Assembly: GCF_006345805.1 (NCBI RefSeq)
Contig: NC_043025.1
Location: forward strand, 7,316,001 to 7,380,000
Reading direction: 5' to 3'
Origin: Octopus sinensis
Taxonomy: Eukaryota
Length of the DNA stretch: 64,000 bases
Below, one piece after another: positions 51,920 to 63,439 of the stretch (its first letter is position 1; each line of letters starts with the position of its first letter). The notes under the pieces were generated by a model. The model saw only the letters and a program-made list of their open reading frames with translations, did not search any database and was not told where the DNA came from. The translations under genes and the position numbers were made by a program.

Positions 51920-52067
51920 CTGCATCTCTGGTTTTCTGTCGACAGGAATAAAAACCACTTTTCTTGGCTTCATGGCGGCAGACGTTTTAGCAGAGACACC
52001 ATTCTGCTGGACACCTTGCTCAGTTTTTGCTTCAGAGTCAATGGAACCATCTTCAGATACTTTCTGC
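51920..52067 (-). CDS. DHX37: DHX37 exon V5 (148 nt)
   Basis: AG/GT flanks; ends KPRKVVFIPVDRKPEMQ, matching the DHX37 'VFIPV.R.PEMQ' motif. Confidence 0.93.
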
Positions 52068-52902
52068 CTAAAATTCCACAAAGAGAACATTTAGAATAAT
52101 GGAAGTCGCAGTAGTAGTAGTGTTAGTGGTGGTGGTTGTGATGGTGGTGGAGGTAGTGGCAGTAGTTGTGGTGGTGGTATTATTATTATCATCCGTTTGT
52201 AGCAGCTCTGTCTGGCCCCCGTGCCGGTGACACGTAAAAGCACCATCCGTTCGTGGCCGTTTGCCAGCTCCGTCTGGCACCTGTGCGGGTGGCACGTAAA
52301 AAGCACCCACTACACTCACGGAGTGGTTGGCGTTAGGAAGGGCATCCAGCCGTAGAAACACTGCCAGATCTGACTGGGCCTGATGAAGCCTTCCAGCTTC
52401 ACAGACCCCAGTTGAACCGTCCAACCCATGCTAGCATGGAGAACGGACGCTAAATGATGATGATGATTATTATTATTATTATTAGTATTAGTAGTGCGAG
52501 CTGGCAGAAACGTTAGTGCGCTGGGCAAAATGATTAGCAGTATCTTGTCTGCCGTTACGTTTCTGAGTTCAAATTCCGCTGGGGGGTCGATAATTTAAGT
52601 ACCAGTTACGCACTGGGGTCGATGTAATCGACTTAATCACTTTGTCTGTCCCCTCTATGTTTAGCCCCTTGTGGGTAATAAAGAAATAGATAGTAGTGGT
52701 GGTGGTGGTGGTGGTGGTACATCAACCCCGGTGCTTCTCTGGTACTTTATTTATCAACCCCGAAAGGATGAAAGGCAAAAGTCATCCTTGCTGGAATTTG
52801 AACTCGGAACGTAACGACAGGTCTATGCTGCGTTTGTGTTAGAAAACTTAGGGGCTAGTTTAATTTAGTGAAACCCTACAAAACAACAAATTCAAACTTT
52901 AC

Positions 52903-52961
52903 CTTTTGATGTCTTTTGAATCACCCGAGTCTTCGACATTCTTCTCCGGGTCTGGATTATT
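52903..52961 (-). CDS. DHX37: DHX37 exon V4 (59 nt)
   Basis: ttcttccag/gtaaag flanks; NNPDPEKNVEDSGDSKDIK; poorly conserved and supported mainly by the exact phase bridge (0 in, 2 out) between V3 and V5. Confidence 0.72.
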
Positions 52962-53027
52962 CTGGAAGAAAACAAGACTTAAAATTGGAACTGATCCACA
53001 ACCTTTCATATACATGTGTGTGCACAT

Positions 53028-53085
<58 letters not shown>

Positions 53086-53248
53086 ATCCAAACAAGAAAA
53101 CACAACGTGGGGACGTGGAACGAATATAGTATTATTGGACGCTCAGGAAAGAAGGGAAGAAGGAGGGTTTAATGTTTTGAGTGGAGCTCTTCGTCGGAAA
53201 CATAGGAAAAGGAAAGATCCCGAGAAGGGAAGACAAAGGAAAAAAATC

Positions 53249-53288
<40 letters not shown>

Positions 53289-54082
53289 TGCAGGAGTGGC
53301 TGTGTGGTAAGTAGCTTGTTTACCAACCACATGGTTCCGGGTTCAGTCCCACTGCGTGGCACCTTGGGCAAGTGTCTTCTACTATAGCCTCGTGCCGACC
53401 AAAGCCTTGTGAGTGGATTTGGTAGATGGAAACTGAAAGAAGCCCGTCGTATATATGTATATATATATATGTGTATGTGTGTTTGTCCCCCTAGCATTGC
53501 TTGACAACCGATGCTGGTGTGTTTATGTCCCCGTAACTTAGCGGTTCGGCAAAAGAGACCAATAGCATAAGTACTGGGCTTACAAAGAATAAGTCCTGGG
53601 GTTAAGTTGCTCGACTAAAGGCGGTGCTCCAGCATGGCCGCAGTCAAATGACTGAAACAAGTAAAAGAGTAAAGAGTAAGAGTATATATATATATAGCCT
53701 GTTCAGTGTTCAACAGACAAGACCGGGCAACTAGGATTTTTAACCCTAGGTATTTAGTATGATCTGCTGAGAAGAATCAAGAGAAAAAGCCTGAATTCAA
53801 AATCATGATACAGGTATATCTATTACCTCATTCTGCAGCCATCGACCAAGATGTTAAGCTTGCCTGACTTCTCTTGGGCTGTTATGTTTTTCAGTGTGAT
53901 GGTGGCTGAGTTGAGGATTTTGGCTCTTATTTCTAGCAAGCTGGTACTTCGTGTACCCTCATTTATAATTATAAAATTTATTGATTAGCCATTTAACAGC
54001 CTTATTGCTTGCTGGCCACTAATATTATTAAGCACCATTCGATCTACATATATATATTTATATGTAAACATATACATGTATG

Positions 54083-54121
<39 letters not shown>

Positions 54122-54758
54122 GTGGAGGCACAATGGCCCAGTGGTTAGGGCAGCGGACTCGCTGTCGTAGGATCGCGGTTTCGATTCCCAGACCGGGCGT
54201 TGTGTGTGTTTATTGAGCGAAAACACCTAAAAGCTCCAAGAGGCTCCCGGCAGGGGATGGTGGTGATCCCTGCTGTACTCTTTCACGACTCTTTCTTCTG
54301 TTGGCCTGCTCGCTTAGCCAGTGGGGTGGCGTCATTCAAAGGCTAAAAACAATGCGAAGCGCATTGTGACCAGCGATGTGTAACTACATCTAATGGTCTG
54401 GTCGGTCACGTGACGTGATATATATATATATGGATGTACACACACAGACATTTATATGTACAGATATATACGCACATATATACATATGCATATACACATA
54501 GCTGAAGGTGCATGGGCTAGTCGTTAGGGAGTTCCACTTACAATCATGAGATCAGGATTTCAATTCCCAGACCAGGCAGTGCATTGGGTTCTTGAGCAAA
54601 ATGCTTCATATCACGTAACTCTATAACCACTTCGATGTCTGGGATGAAGCACATCCGTCCAGGCAATTTCAATTTGATGTTGGAGATAAGCTAATGCACA
54701 GCACATAAATACATACGGATATATAAACCCATATATATATATATATATACATATACAA

Positions 54759-55157
54759 CTAGCAGTATCGCCCGGCGTTGCTCGGGTTTGTAAGGGAAAT
54801 AACTATAAAGCATTTTTAGAGAGTTATAGCCAAAAAATAGCAAAAAAATGCATTAAAAATGGAAAAAAAATTATGGTAAATTTTTTTAAAATCGTTGACT
54901 CATCGTAGACATTTTTAGAGAGTTACCTCCCTTATATAATAGCGAAAAAATGCATTAAAATGGAAAAAAATGATGGTAAATTATTTTAAAAATCGTAGAC
55001 TCATCGTAGACGCGCGCTAATACCCAGAAGGGCTCGATATGAATCACGACTATAAGATACCCGGTTTTGGTTAAACTGCACCGCAAAATGTGGGAGTAGT
55101 TAGGAATCTAAATCATAGGAGACAGACAGCACACAACCTCACTTTTATATATAAAGA
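54759..55157 (-). mobile_element. non-autonomous Helitron
   Basis: TC...hairpin-CTAG termini with an A|T target; same family as 29971-30855. Confidence 0.85.
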
Positions 55158-55370
55158 TATACACACACGATTTAAAAAACAAAAAAAAAAGTGACCCTTA
55201 CTTTTCTCTTTTTGTTTCCATCAGCTACACCCAATCCTTTCGATGTTTCCAGAGGAGTCTGCCAAAAGATTAAGGAAAACATAACCCACATCAGCTCAAA
55301 CAAGTGCATTCCTCATTGATATATTTGCTTGTTGAGGACTAAATAGTTCTTTTTTTTCTTCTTTCTGTCA

Positions 55371-58300
55371 TTAACCCTTTCGTTACTGTATTCATTTAGA
55401 GATGCTCTGTGTTTCTTTCAATTAATTTTAAATATAACAAAGAATTTAGTAAAATAACTTGGTTATCATTAAGCTAGTGTTAGTAACATTAATTGTGACT
55501 AAGGATTGGTGGAAGATTTTAATTCAAAACTTATGAAAACAAGACATTTGTAATACAGAGCCAGGGGTGGTTTCAGCCGGGTTGGTCATGAAAGGGTTAA
55601 ACACACCTCTACATTTGGGCAGATGTACATTAGAAGCAGTTGGAAGGGTGTGGATTGAAGGAAATTTAGGCTATTATTTCTAGCATATAGAGTGACCACG
55701 TTGAGGTCTCCTTCTCTCATGGCTTCTGCTGATTATTTTTCTTCTTAACCCTTCTGTTACCATATTTCTGTTGAGATGCTCTGTGTTTCTTTCAATTAAT
55801 TTTAAATATAACAAAGAATTTAGTAAAATAACTTAGTTACCATTAAGCTAGTGTTAGGAACATAAATTGTGACTAAGGTTTGGTGGAAGAATTTAATTCA
55901 AAACTTATGAAAACAAGACATTTGTACTACAGAGCCAGAGGTGGTTTCAGCCGGGTTGGTATCAAAAGGGTTAAAAATATCATGGTGACTTTAACCCCTT
56001 TCGTTACCATATTTCTGTTGAGGTGCTCTGTGTTTCTTTCAATTACTTTAAATATAACAAAGAATTTAGTAAAATAACTTAGTTATCATTAAGCTAGTGT
56101 TAGGAACATAAATTGTGACTAAGGTTTGGTGGAAGATTTTAATTCAAAACTTAGGAAAACAAGACATTTGTACTACAGAACCAGAGGTGGTTTCAGCCGG
56201 GTTGGTATCAAAAGGGTTAAAAATATCATGGTGACTTTAACCCCTTTCGTTACCATATTTCTGTTGAGGTGCTGTGTTTCTTTCAATTACTTAAATATAA
56301 CAAAGAATTTAGTAAAATAACTTAGTTATCATTAAGCTAGTGTTAGGACATAATTGTGACTAAGGTTTGGTGGAAGATTTTAATTCAAAACTTAGGAAAA
56401 CAAGACATTTGTACTACAGAACCAGAGGTGGTTTCAGCCGGGTTGGTATCAAAAGGGTTAAAAATATCATGGTGACTTTAACCCCTTTCGTTACCATATT
56501 TCTGTTGAGGTGCTCTGTGTTTCTTTCAATTACTTTAAATATAACAAAGAATTTAGTAAAATAACTTAGTTATCATTAGATAGTGTTAGGAACATAAATT
56601 GTGACTAAGTTTGGTGGAAGATTTTAATTCAAAACTTAGGAAAACAAGACATTTGTACTACAGAACCAGAGGTGGTTTCAGCCGGGTTGGTATCAAAAGG
56701 GTTAAAAATATCATGGTGACTTTAACCCCTTTCGTTACCATATTTCTGTTGAGGTGCTCTGTGTTTCTTTCAATTACTTTAAATATAACAAGAATTTAGT
56801 AAAATAACTTAGTTATCATTAAGCTAGTGTTAGGAACATAAATTGTGACTAAGGTTTGGTGGAAGATTTTAATTCAAAACTTAGGAAAACAAGACATTTG
56901 TACTACAGAACCAGAGGTGGTTTCAGCCGGGTTGGTATCAAAAGGTTTAAAATATCATGGTGACTTTAACCCCTTTCGTTACCATATTTCTGTTGAGGTG
57001 CTCTGTGTTTCTTTCAAACTTATTTAATATAACAAAGAATTTAGTAAAATAACTTAGTTATCATTAAGCTAGTGTTAGGAACATAAATTGTGACTAAGGT
57101 TTGGTGGAAGATTTTAATTCAAAACTTAGGAAAACAAGACATTTGTACTACAGAACCAGAGGTGGTTTCAGCCGGGTTGGTATCAAAAGGTTAAAAAAAT
57201 ATCATGGTGACTTAACCCCTTTCGTTACCATATTTCTGTTGAGGTGTTCTGTGTTTCTTTCAATTACTTTAAATATAACAAAGAATTTAGTAAAATAACT
57301 TAGTTATCATTAAGCTAGTGTTAGGAACATAAATTGTGACTAAGGTTTGGTGGAAGATTTTAATTCAAAACTTATGAAAACAAGACATTTGTATTACAGA
57401 GCCAGATGTGGTTTCAGCCGGGTTGGTATCAAAAGGGTTAAAAATATCATGGTGACTTTAACCCCTTTCGTTACCATATTTCTGTTGAGGTGTTCTGTGT
57501 TTCTTTCAATTACTTTAAATATAACAAAGAATTTAGTAAAATAACTTAGTTATCATTAAGCTAGTGTTAGGAACATAAATTGTGACTAAGGTTTGGTGGA
57601 AGATTTTAATTCAAAACTTAGGAAAACAAGACATTTGTACTACAGAACCAGAGGTGGTTTCAGCCGGGTTGGTATCAAAAGGGTTAAAAATATCATGGTG
57701 ACTTTAACCCCTTTCGTTACCATATTTCTGTTGAGGTGCTCTGTGTTTCTTTCAATTACTTTAAATATAACAAAGAATTTAGTAAAATAACTTAGTTATC
57801 ATTAAGTTAGTGTTAGGAACATAAATTGTGACTAAGGTTTGCTGGAAGATTTTAATTCAAAACTTAGGAAAACAAGATATTTGTAATACAGAGCCAGGGG
57901 TGGTTTCAGCCGGGTTGGTCATGAAAGGGTTAAACACACCTCTACATTTGGGCAGATGTACATTAGAAGCAGTTGGAAGGGTGTGGATTGAAGGAAATTT
58001 AGGCTATTATTTCTAGCATATAGAGTGACCACGTTGAGGTCTCCTTCTCTCATGGCTTCTGCTGATTATTTTTCTTCTTAACCCTTTTGTTACCATATTT
58101 CTGTTGAGATGCTCTGTGTTTCTTTCAATTAATTTTGAATATAACAAAGAATTTAGTAAAATAACTTAGTTATCATTAAGCTAGTGTTAGGAACGTAAAT
58201 TGTGACTAAGGTTTGGTGGAAGATTTTAATTCAGAACTTATGAAAACAAGATATTTATACTAAAGAGCCAGAACTAGTTTCAGCTGGGTTGGTAACGGAA

Positions 58301-59506
58301 GGGTTAAAAATATCATGGTGACTTTAACCCCTTTTGTTACCATATTTCTGTTGAGATGCTCTGTGTTTCTTTCAATTAATTTTAAATATTACAAAGAATT
58401 TAGTAAAATAACTTAATTATAATTAAAGCTAGTGTTAGGAACATAAATTGTGACTAAAGTTTGGTGGAAAATTTTAATTTAAAACTTATGAAAACAAGAC
58501 ATTTATACCCAGAGCCAGAGGTGGTTTCAACCAGGTTGGTGATAAAAGAGTTAAAAATATCATGGTGACTTTAACCCTTTTGTTACCATATTTCTTTTGA
58601 GATGTTCTGTGTTTCTTTTAATTAATTTTAAATATAACAGCCTCGCCTGGCACCTGTGCAGGTGGCACGTAAAAAGCACCCACTACACTCACGGAGTGGT
58701 TGGCATTAGGAAGGGCATCCAGCTGTAGAAACATTGCCAGATTAGACTGGAGCCTGGTGCAGCCTTCTGGCTTCCCAGAACCCCGGTCGAACCGTCCAAC
58801 CCATGCTAGCATGGAGAACGGACTTTAAACGATGATGATGATGATGATGATGATAACAAAGAATTTAGGGAAATAACTTAGTTATCATTCAGCTAGTGTT
58901 AGGAACATAATTTGTGACTGAGGTTTGGTTGAAGATTGTAATTCAAAACTTATGAAAACAAGACATTTATACTAAAGAGCCAGAACTAGTTTCAGCCGGG
59001 TTGGTAACGGAAGGGTTAAAAATATTATGGTGACTTTAACCCTTTTGTCACCATATTTCTGTTGAGATATTCTGTGTTTCTTTCAATTAATTTTAAATAT
59101 AACAAAGAATTTAGTGAAATAACTTAGTTATCATTAAACTAGTGTTAAGAACATAAACTGTGACTAAGGTTTGGTGGAAGATCTTAATTAAAAAATTATG
59201 TAAACAAGACATTTGTACTCAGAGCCAGGGGCGGTTTCAGCTGGGTTGGTATCAAAAGGGTTAAAAATATCATGGTTACTTTAACCCTTTTACCATATTT
59301 CTGTTGAGATGTTCTGTGTTTCTTTCAATTAATTTTAAATATAACAAAGAATTTAGCAAAATAACTTAGTTATCATTCAGCTAGTGTTAGGAACATAAAT
59401 TGTGACTAACTTTTGGTGGAAGATTTTAAATCAGAACTTTTGAAAACAAGACATTTGTACTCAGAGCCAGAGGCGGTTTCAGCCGGGTTGGTAACGAAAG
59501 GGTTAA
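55371..59506 (-). repeat. tandem array of ~15 P1 MITE units, reverse orientation to 18968-24495
   Basis: TTAA-CCCTTTCGTTAC at 55371 and GTAACGAAAGGG-TTAA at 59506; same two spacers; RTE-tail insertion at 58640-58852. Confidence 0.92.
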
Positions 59507-59814
59507 ACAATTACCATGCTAGAGCATCACTTTCGAAGAATTTTTTAGTCAAACAAATCAACTCCATTATCATTATCACCATTTAATGTCCGTTTTGCAT
59601 GCTGTCAGAGGTTGGATATTTTGACAGAACACCAGCTGTCAAGCAGTGAGAAGGGACACAAACACAGGCACAAAGAGATACACACACACGAAAGGCTTCC
59701 ACACAGTTTCCGTCTACCAAATTCATTCTCAAGGCCATAGGGTATATATAATAGAAGACATTTGCCCAAGGCGCCACACAGTGGGACTGAACCCAAGACC
59801 ACGTTGTAGCTTAC

Positions 59815-60058
59815 CTTTTCAGCATCAGACTCTTCCTCCTCCCCATCTTCTTCATCACTGTTGCACACAGAATGTTCAGATTCACTCTCGTTTTCTTCCT
59901 CTTCCTTCTCGTCTTCTTCCTCCTCCACCTCCTCGTTTTCTTCTTCCTCCTCTTCTTTCAGCTTTTGTTGTCCCTTGGGGTCAGATCCTGACCTGACGTC
60001 ACCCGGTGCACCGTCAGTGCTCCCGCCTCTGTCAGGTTTCTGTTTGGTTTTAGCTTTT
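59815..60058 (-). CDS. DHX37: DHX37 exon V3 (244 nt, acidic low-complexity linker)
   Basis: tttacag/gtaagc flanks; KAKTKQKPDRGG...EEEEEENEEVEEEEDEKEEEENESESE...DAEK; DHX37 has an acidic tract at this position; phase 2 in, phase 0 out. Confidence 0.85.
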
Positions 60059-60721
60059 CTGTAAAGAGACACAGATGTTAGCATGAATAGAAAGAAACTT
60101 CTAACCCGTCCAAATTCCCTGTTGTTCGGTCCCCTTCTCACTTCTGTTCCCCTTCTTGTTCTTTGAGGGCCCACCCATGACATCTCATCACACCACCATC
60201 ACCATTTCTGATTCCACCTTCATTATTCTTACAAATCGATCAACATCAATGGAAATTGTAGCTGTGATACCAATGCCGGTGGCACATAAGAGAACCATCC
60301 GAACGTGGCCGTTGCCAGCGCCGCCCCGACTGGCCTCCATGCCGGTGGCACGTAAAAAGCACCATCCGATTGTGGCCATTGCCAGCCTCGTCTGGCCCTC
60401 GTGCTGGTGGTACATAAAAAGCACCATCCAATCGTGGCTGTTTGGCACCTGTGCCGGTGGCACGTAAAAGCACCCACTACACTCTCGGAGTGGTTGGCGT
60501 TAGGAAAAGCATCCAGCTGTAGAAACGCTGCCAGATCAGACTTGGCCTGGGGCAGCCTTCTGCCTTCCCAGACCTCAGTGGAACCGTCCAACCCATGCTA
60601 GCATGGAAAGCGGACGTTCTCATTCCTAAGGTATTTTTTGCAGATATCATTATTAGAAAATTACTATTTTTAAATCTCACAACGAGAGATATTCAGCAAC
60701 AGTAATTTGGAGTAAAAATTC

Positions 60722-61083
60722 TTTGCCAACATAACATGGCAGTCCTGGTTTAGGATGAATGTTGCTGTAATTTGAGATTTAAAAATAGTACTTTTCTAAT
60801 TTATAGATCAGTGACTAGTTGTCACTTTGAAAACTACATATTTTGAACGGGAATTTGACAACGACTCCTCTAGCCGAACAATTATTCTGTGCTGATGAAG
60901 CGAAATAACCCGGAAATCCTGATACACAAATATTGTTTTGAGCTGAGTTGGGGTGCTAGATTCCCTCGTTTGATAATATAAGGACACAGATCGTGTCAAA
61001 TAGCCAGCTGGAGACGATGTCTCCGAGGGCTAAGTTACAGCAACATTCGTCCTAAACCAGGACTGTCATGTTATGTTGGCAAA
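60722..61083. mobile_element. MITE-like element with ~52-bp terminal inverted repeats
   Basis: tttgccaacataacatggcagtcctggtttaggatgaatgttgctgtaa at the left; its near-perfect reverse complement ends at 61083; no TSD identified. Confidence 0.75.
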
Positions 61084-61259
61084 CAATCATTATTATTTAT
61101 TTATTCAAGTCACTGTCTGAAACTGAACCCAGAATCTTGGGGTCAGTAGCCCACGCTCTTAACCACTATGCCATAGGTCCATGGCAGAATCATTGGCACA
61201 CCAAGTAAAATGCTTAGTAGCATTTTGTCTGTCTTTACGTTCTGGGTTTAAATGTCCTT

Positions 61260-61822
61260 CTAAAGATAAACAATCACATCATTGAAATCTCAAAGCTATG
61301 AGATAATGCATGATTAATTCAAAACAAGGCCAGATCCAGCCTCTCACACCTGCCCTACAATGTCATTCTAAAAATAAACAATCACATCATTGAAACCTCA
61401 AAGCTATGAGATAATGCATGATTAATTCAAAACAAGGCCAGATCCAGCCTGTCACACCTACCCTACAATGTCATTCTAAAAATAAACAATCACATCATTG
61501 AAATCTCAAAGCTATGAGATAATGCAGGATAAATTCAAAACAAGGCCAGATCCAGCCTCTCACACCTACCCTACAATGTCATTCTAAAAATAAACAATCA
61601 CATCATTGAAATCTCAAAGCTATGAGATAATGCAGGATAAATTCAAAACAAGGCCAGATCCAGCCTGTCACACCTACCCTACAATGTCATTCTAAAAATA
61701 AACAATCACATCATTGAAATCTCAAAGCTATGAGATAATGCATGATTAATTCAAAACAAGGCCAGATCCTGCCTCTCACACCTACCCTACAATGTCATTC
61801 TAAAAATAAACAATCACATCAA
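61260..61822. repeat. 108-bp tandem array (~5 copies), reverse complement of 36495-38538
   Basis: same unit and the same novel junction (caaaacaaggccag). Confidence 0.93.
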
Positions 61823-61845
61823 TGAAATAAGAACAAGATACTCAC

Positions 61846-61925
61846 TTCTTGTTGGAGTGTTTCAAAATATCAATCTCTGAAGAACTGGCCTGGACGCTTG
61901 CTAGTGCTGCTATCAGATCCGATCT
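61846..61925 (-). CDS. DHX37: DHX37 exon V2 (80 nt)
   Basis: ccaccag/gtgagt flanks; RSDLIAALASVQASSSEIDILKHSNK resembles the DHX37 'L.EVQAS..E' segment; phases match both neighbours. Confidence 0.88.
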
Positions 61926-61944
61926 CTGGTGGAGAAGAATTTTA

Positions 61945-62185
61945 ATAATAATAATAATTAATTCTTTTTATTGGCCACAAAGGGCTGACAAATATGATTG
62001 GAAAACATAAAGGGACAAAACAGGACAAAAGGTTACAAAAGGTTTTGTCCGTTTTTCGAAAGAAAAAAGTCCATGTAAACAAACTTTACAACAAAGAAAA
62101 AATTCAACAGTTTACAAAAAACTCCCAATAGAGGAGACGCTTCGAAAAAAAGAAAAGGTCTCACGTGGAAAAACCCATAAATGAG
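61945..62185 (-). mobile_element. putative LINE 3' tail with AATAAA and (ATT)n
   Basis: minus strand ends ...tgtggccAATAAAagaattaattattattatt; family not identified. Confidence 0.45.
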
Positions 62186-62875
62186 AAGCCCTTAAGCTCA
62201 ATAGATTCAAATCTTACATTTATTTTTATTTTTCTGTTATACCGTGGTATGTTGTGCCACAAAAGACTGTTCTTATTTCTTTATTGCCCACAAGGGTTAA
62301 ACAGAGTTGGAATAAACAAGGACAGACAAAGGGATTAAATTGATTACATCGACCCCCATGCGTACCTGGTACTTAATTTATCGACCTTGAAATGAAGAAG
62401 GACAAAGTCGACCACGGCGGAATTTGAACTCAGAACATAACAACAGACGAAATACTTATTTCTTTACTATCCACAAGGGGCTAAACATAGAGAGGACAAA
62501 CAAGGACAGATAAACGGATTAAGTCGATTATATCGACCCGAGTACGTAACTGGTACTTAATTTATCGACCTCGAAATGAAGAAAGACAAAGTCGACCTCG
62601 GCAGAATTTGATCTCAGCATGTAACGACAGACGAAATACCTATTTCTTTACTACCCACAAGGGGCTAAACATAGAGAGGACAAACAAGCGCAGAGAAAGG
62701 GATTAAGTCAATTACATCAACCCCAGTGCGTAACTGGTACTTATTTAATCGACCCCGAAAGGATGAAAAGCAAAGTCGACCACGGCAGAATTTGAACTCA
62801 GAACGTAACGGCAGATGAAATACCTATTTCTTTACTACCCACAAAGCCCTTAAGCTCAATATATTCAAATCTTAC

Positions 62876-63061
62876 CTTTATTTTTCTCTTCTTTTTCTCA
62901 ACTATCTTCAGTAGTTTCTTTCGTAGTTTCTTCGAGATTACTACTTTGGTCTCCTTTTTAGCTGCTATCTTTTTCGTTTTCCGTTTTTCCGATGGTAGGA
63001 CGAGGGCATTGCTGTCGTCGTAGGAAGTTTGCTGACTTTGTACAGGAAGATCAAGTTGTAT
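62876..63061 (-). CDS. DHX37: DHX37 exon V1 (first visible; 186 nt, phase 0/0)
   Basis: AG/GT flanks; IQLDLPVQSQQTSYDDSNALVLPSEKRKTKK...KIVEKKKRKIK; the DxSNALVLP motif is typical of the DHX37 N-terminus. The start-codon exon was not found in the window. Confidence 0.9.
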
Positions 63062-63439
63062 CTTTGAATAAACAAAATGAGAGACCTAGAGTAAATTTCC
63101 ATGCAACACTTTCAAAATAAGCGAAGTAACCAGTTCTAAAACAAGGTATAAATAGTAGCAATGCTGGACAGTAACGTTTTTTTGGCCACTATAACACGGC
63201 TGTTCTATAAAGAACTAGTTGCCCTATAAAGAGCAAGTTGGTTAACACTATTTTTTTTTTGTTTTGGTGTCCGGGTCACCCCCTCAGACGCTTTCGGAAA
63301 TTCCCGGCGTGAATTTTCCGAGGCCTCTCCCCCACTCCCCTTTCGTTTAGAGGAAGTTGTTTTACACCTATTACACAAATTTTTTTTGATTTTTTGACTG
63401 GGTTTAACGCTTTAGTTTAACCTACATTTACTACATTTT

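Noticed and set aside
55880-58016. repeated 62-65 aa ORFs (MVEDFNSKL...) as a gene family
   Set aside because: They are incidental frames within the non-coding MITE satellite, start at non-ATG codons, and show frameshifting indels between copies.
60885-60925. hammerhead ribozyme (CTGATGA...GAAA)
   Set aside because: Stem II does not pair well and I could not form stems I and III with a UH cleavage site.
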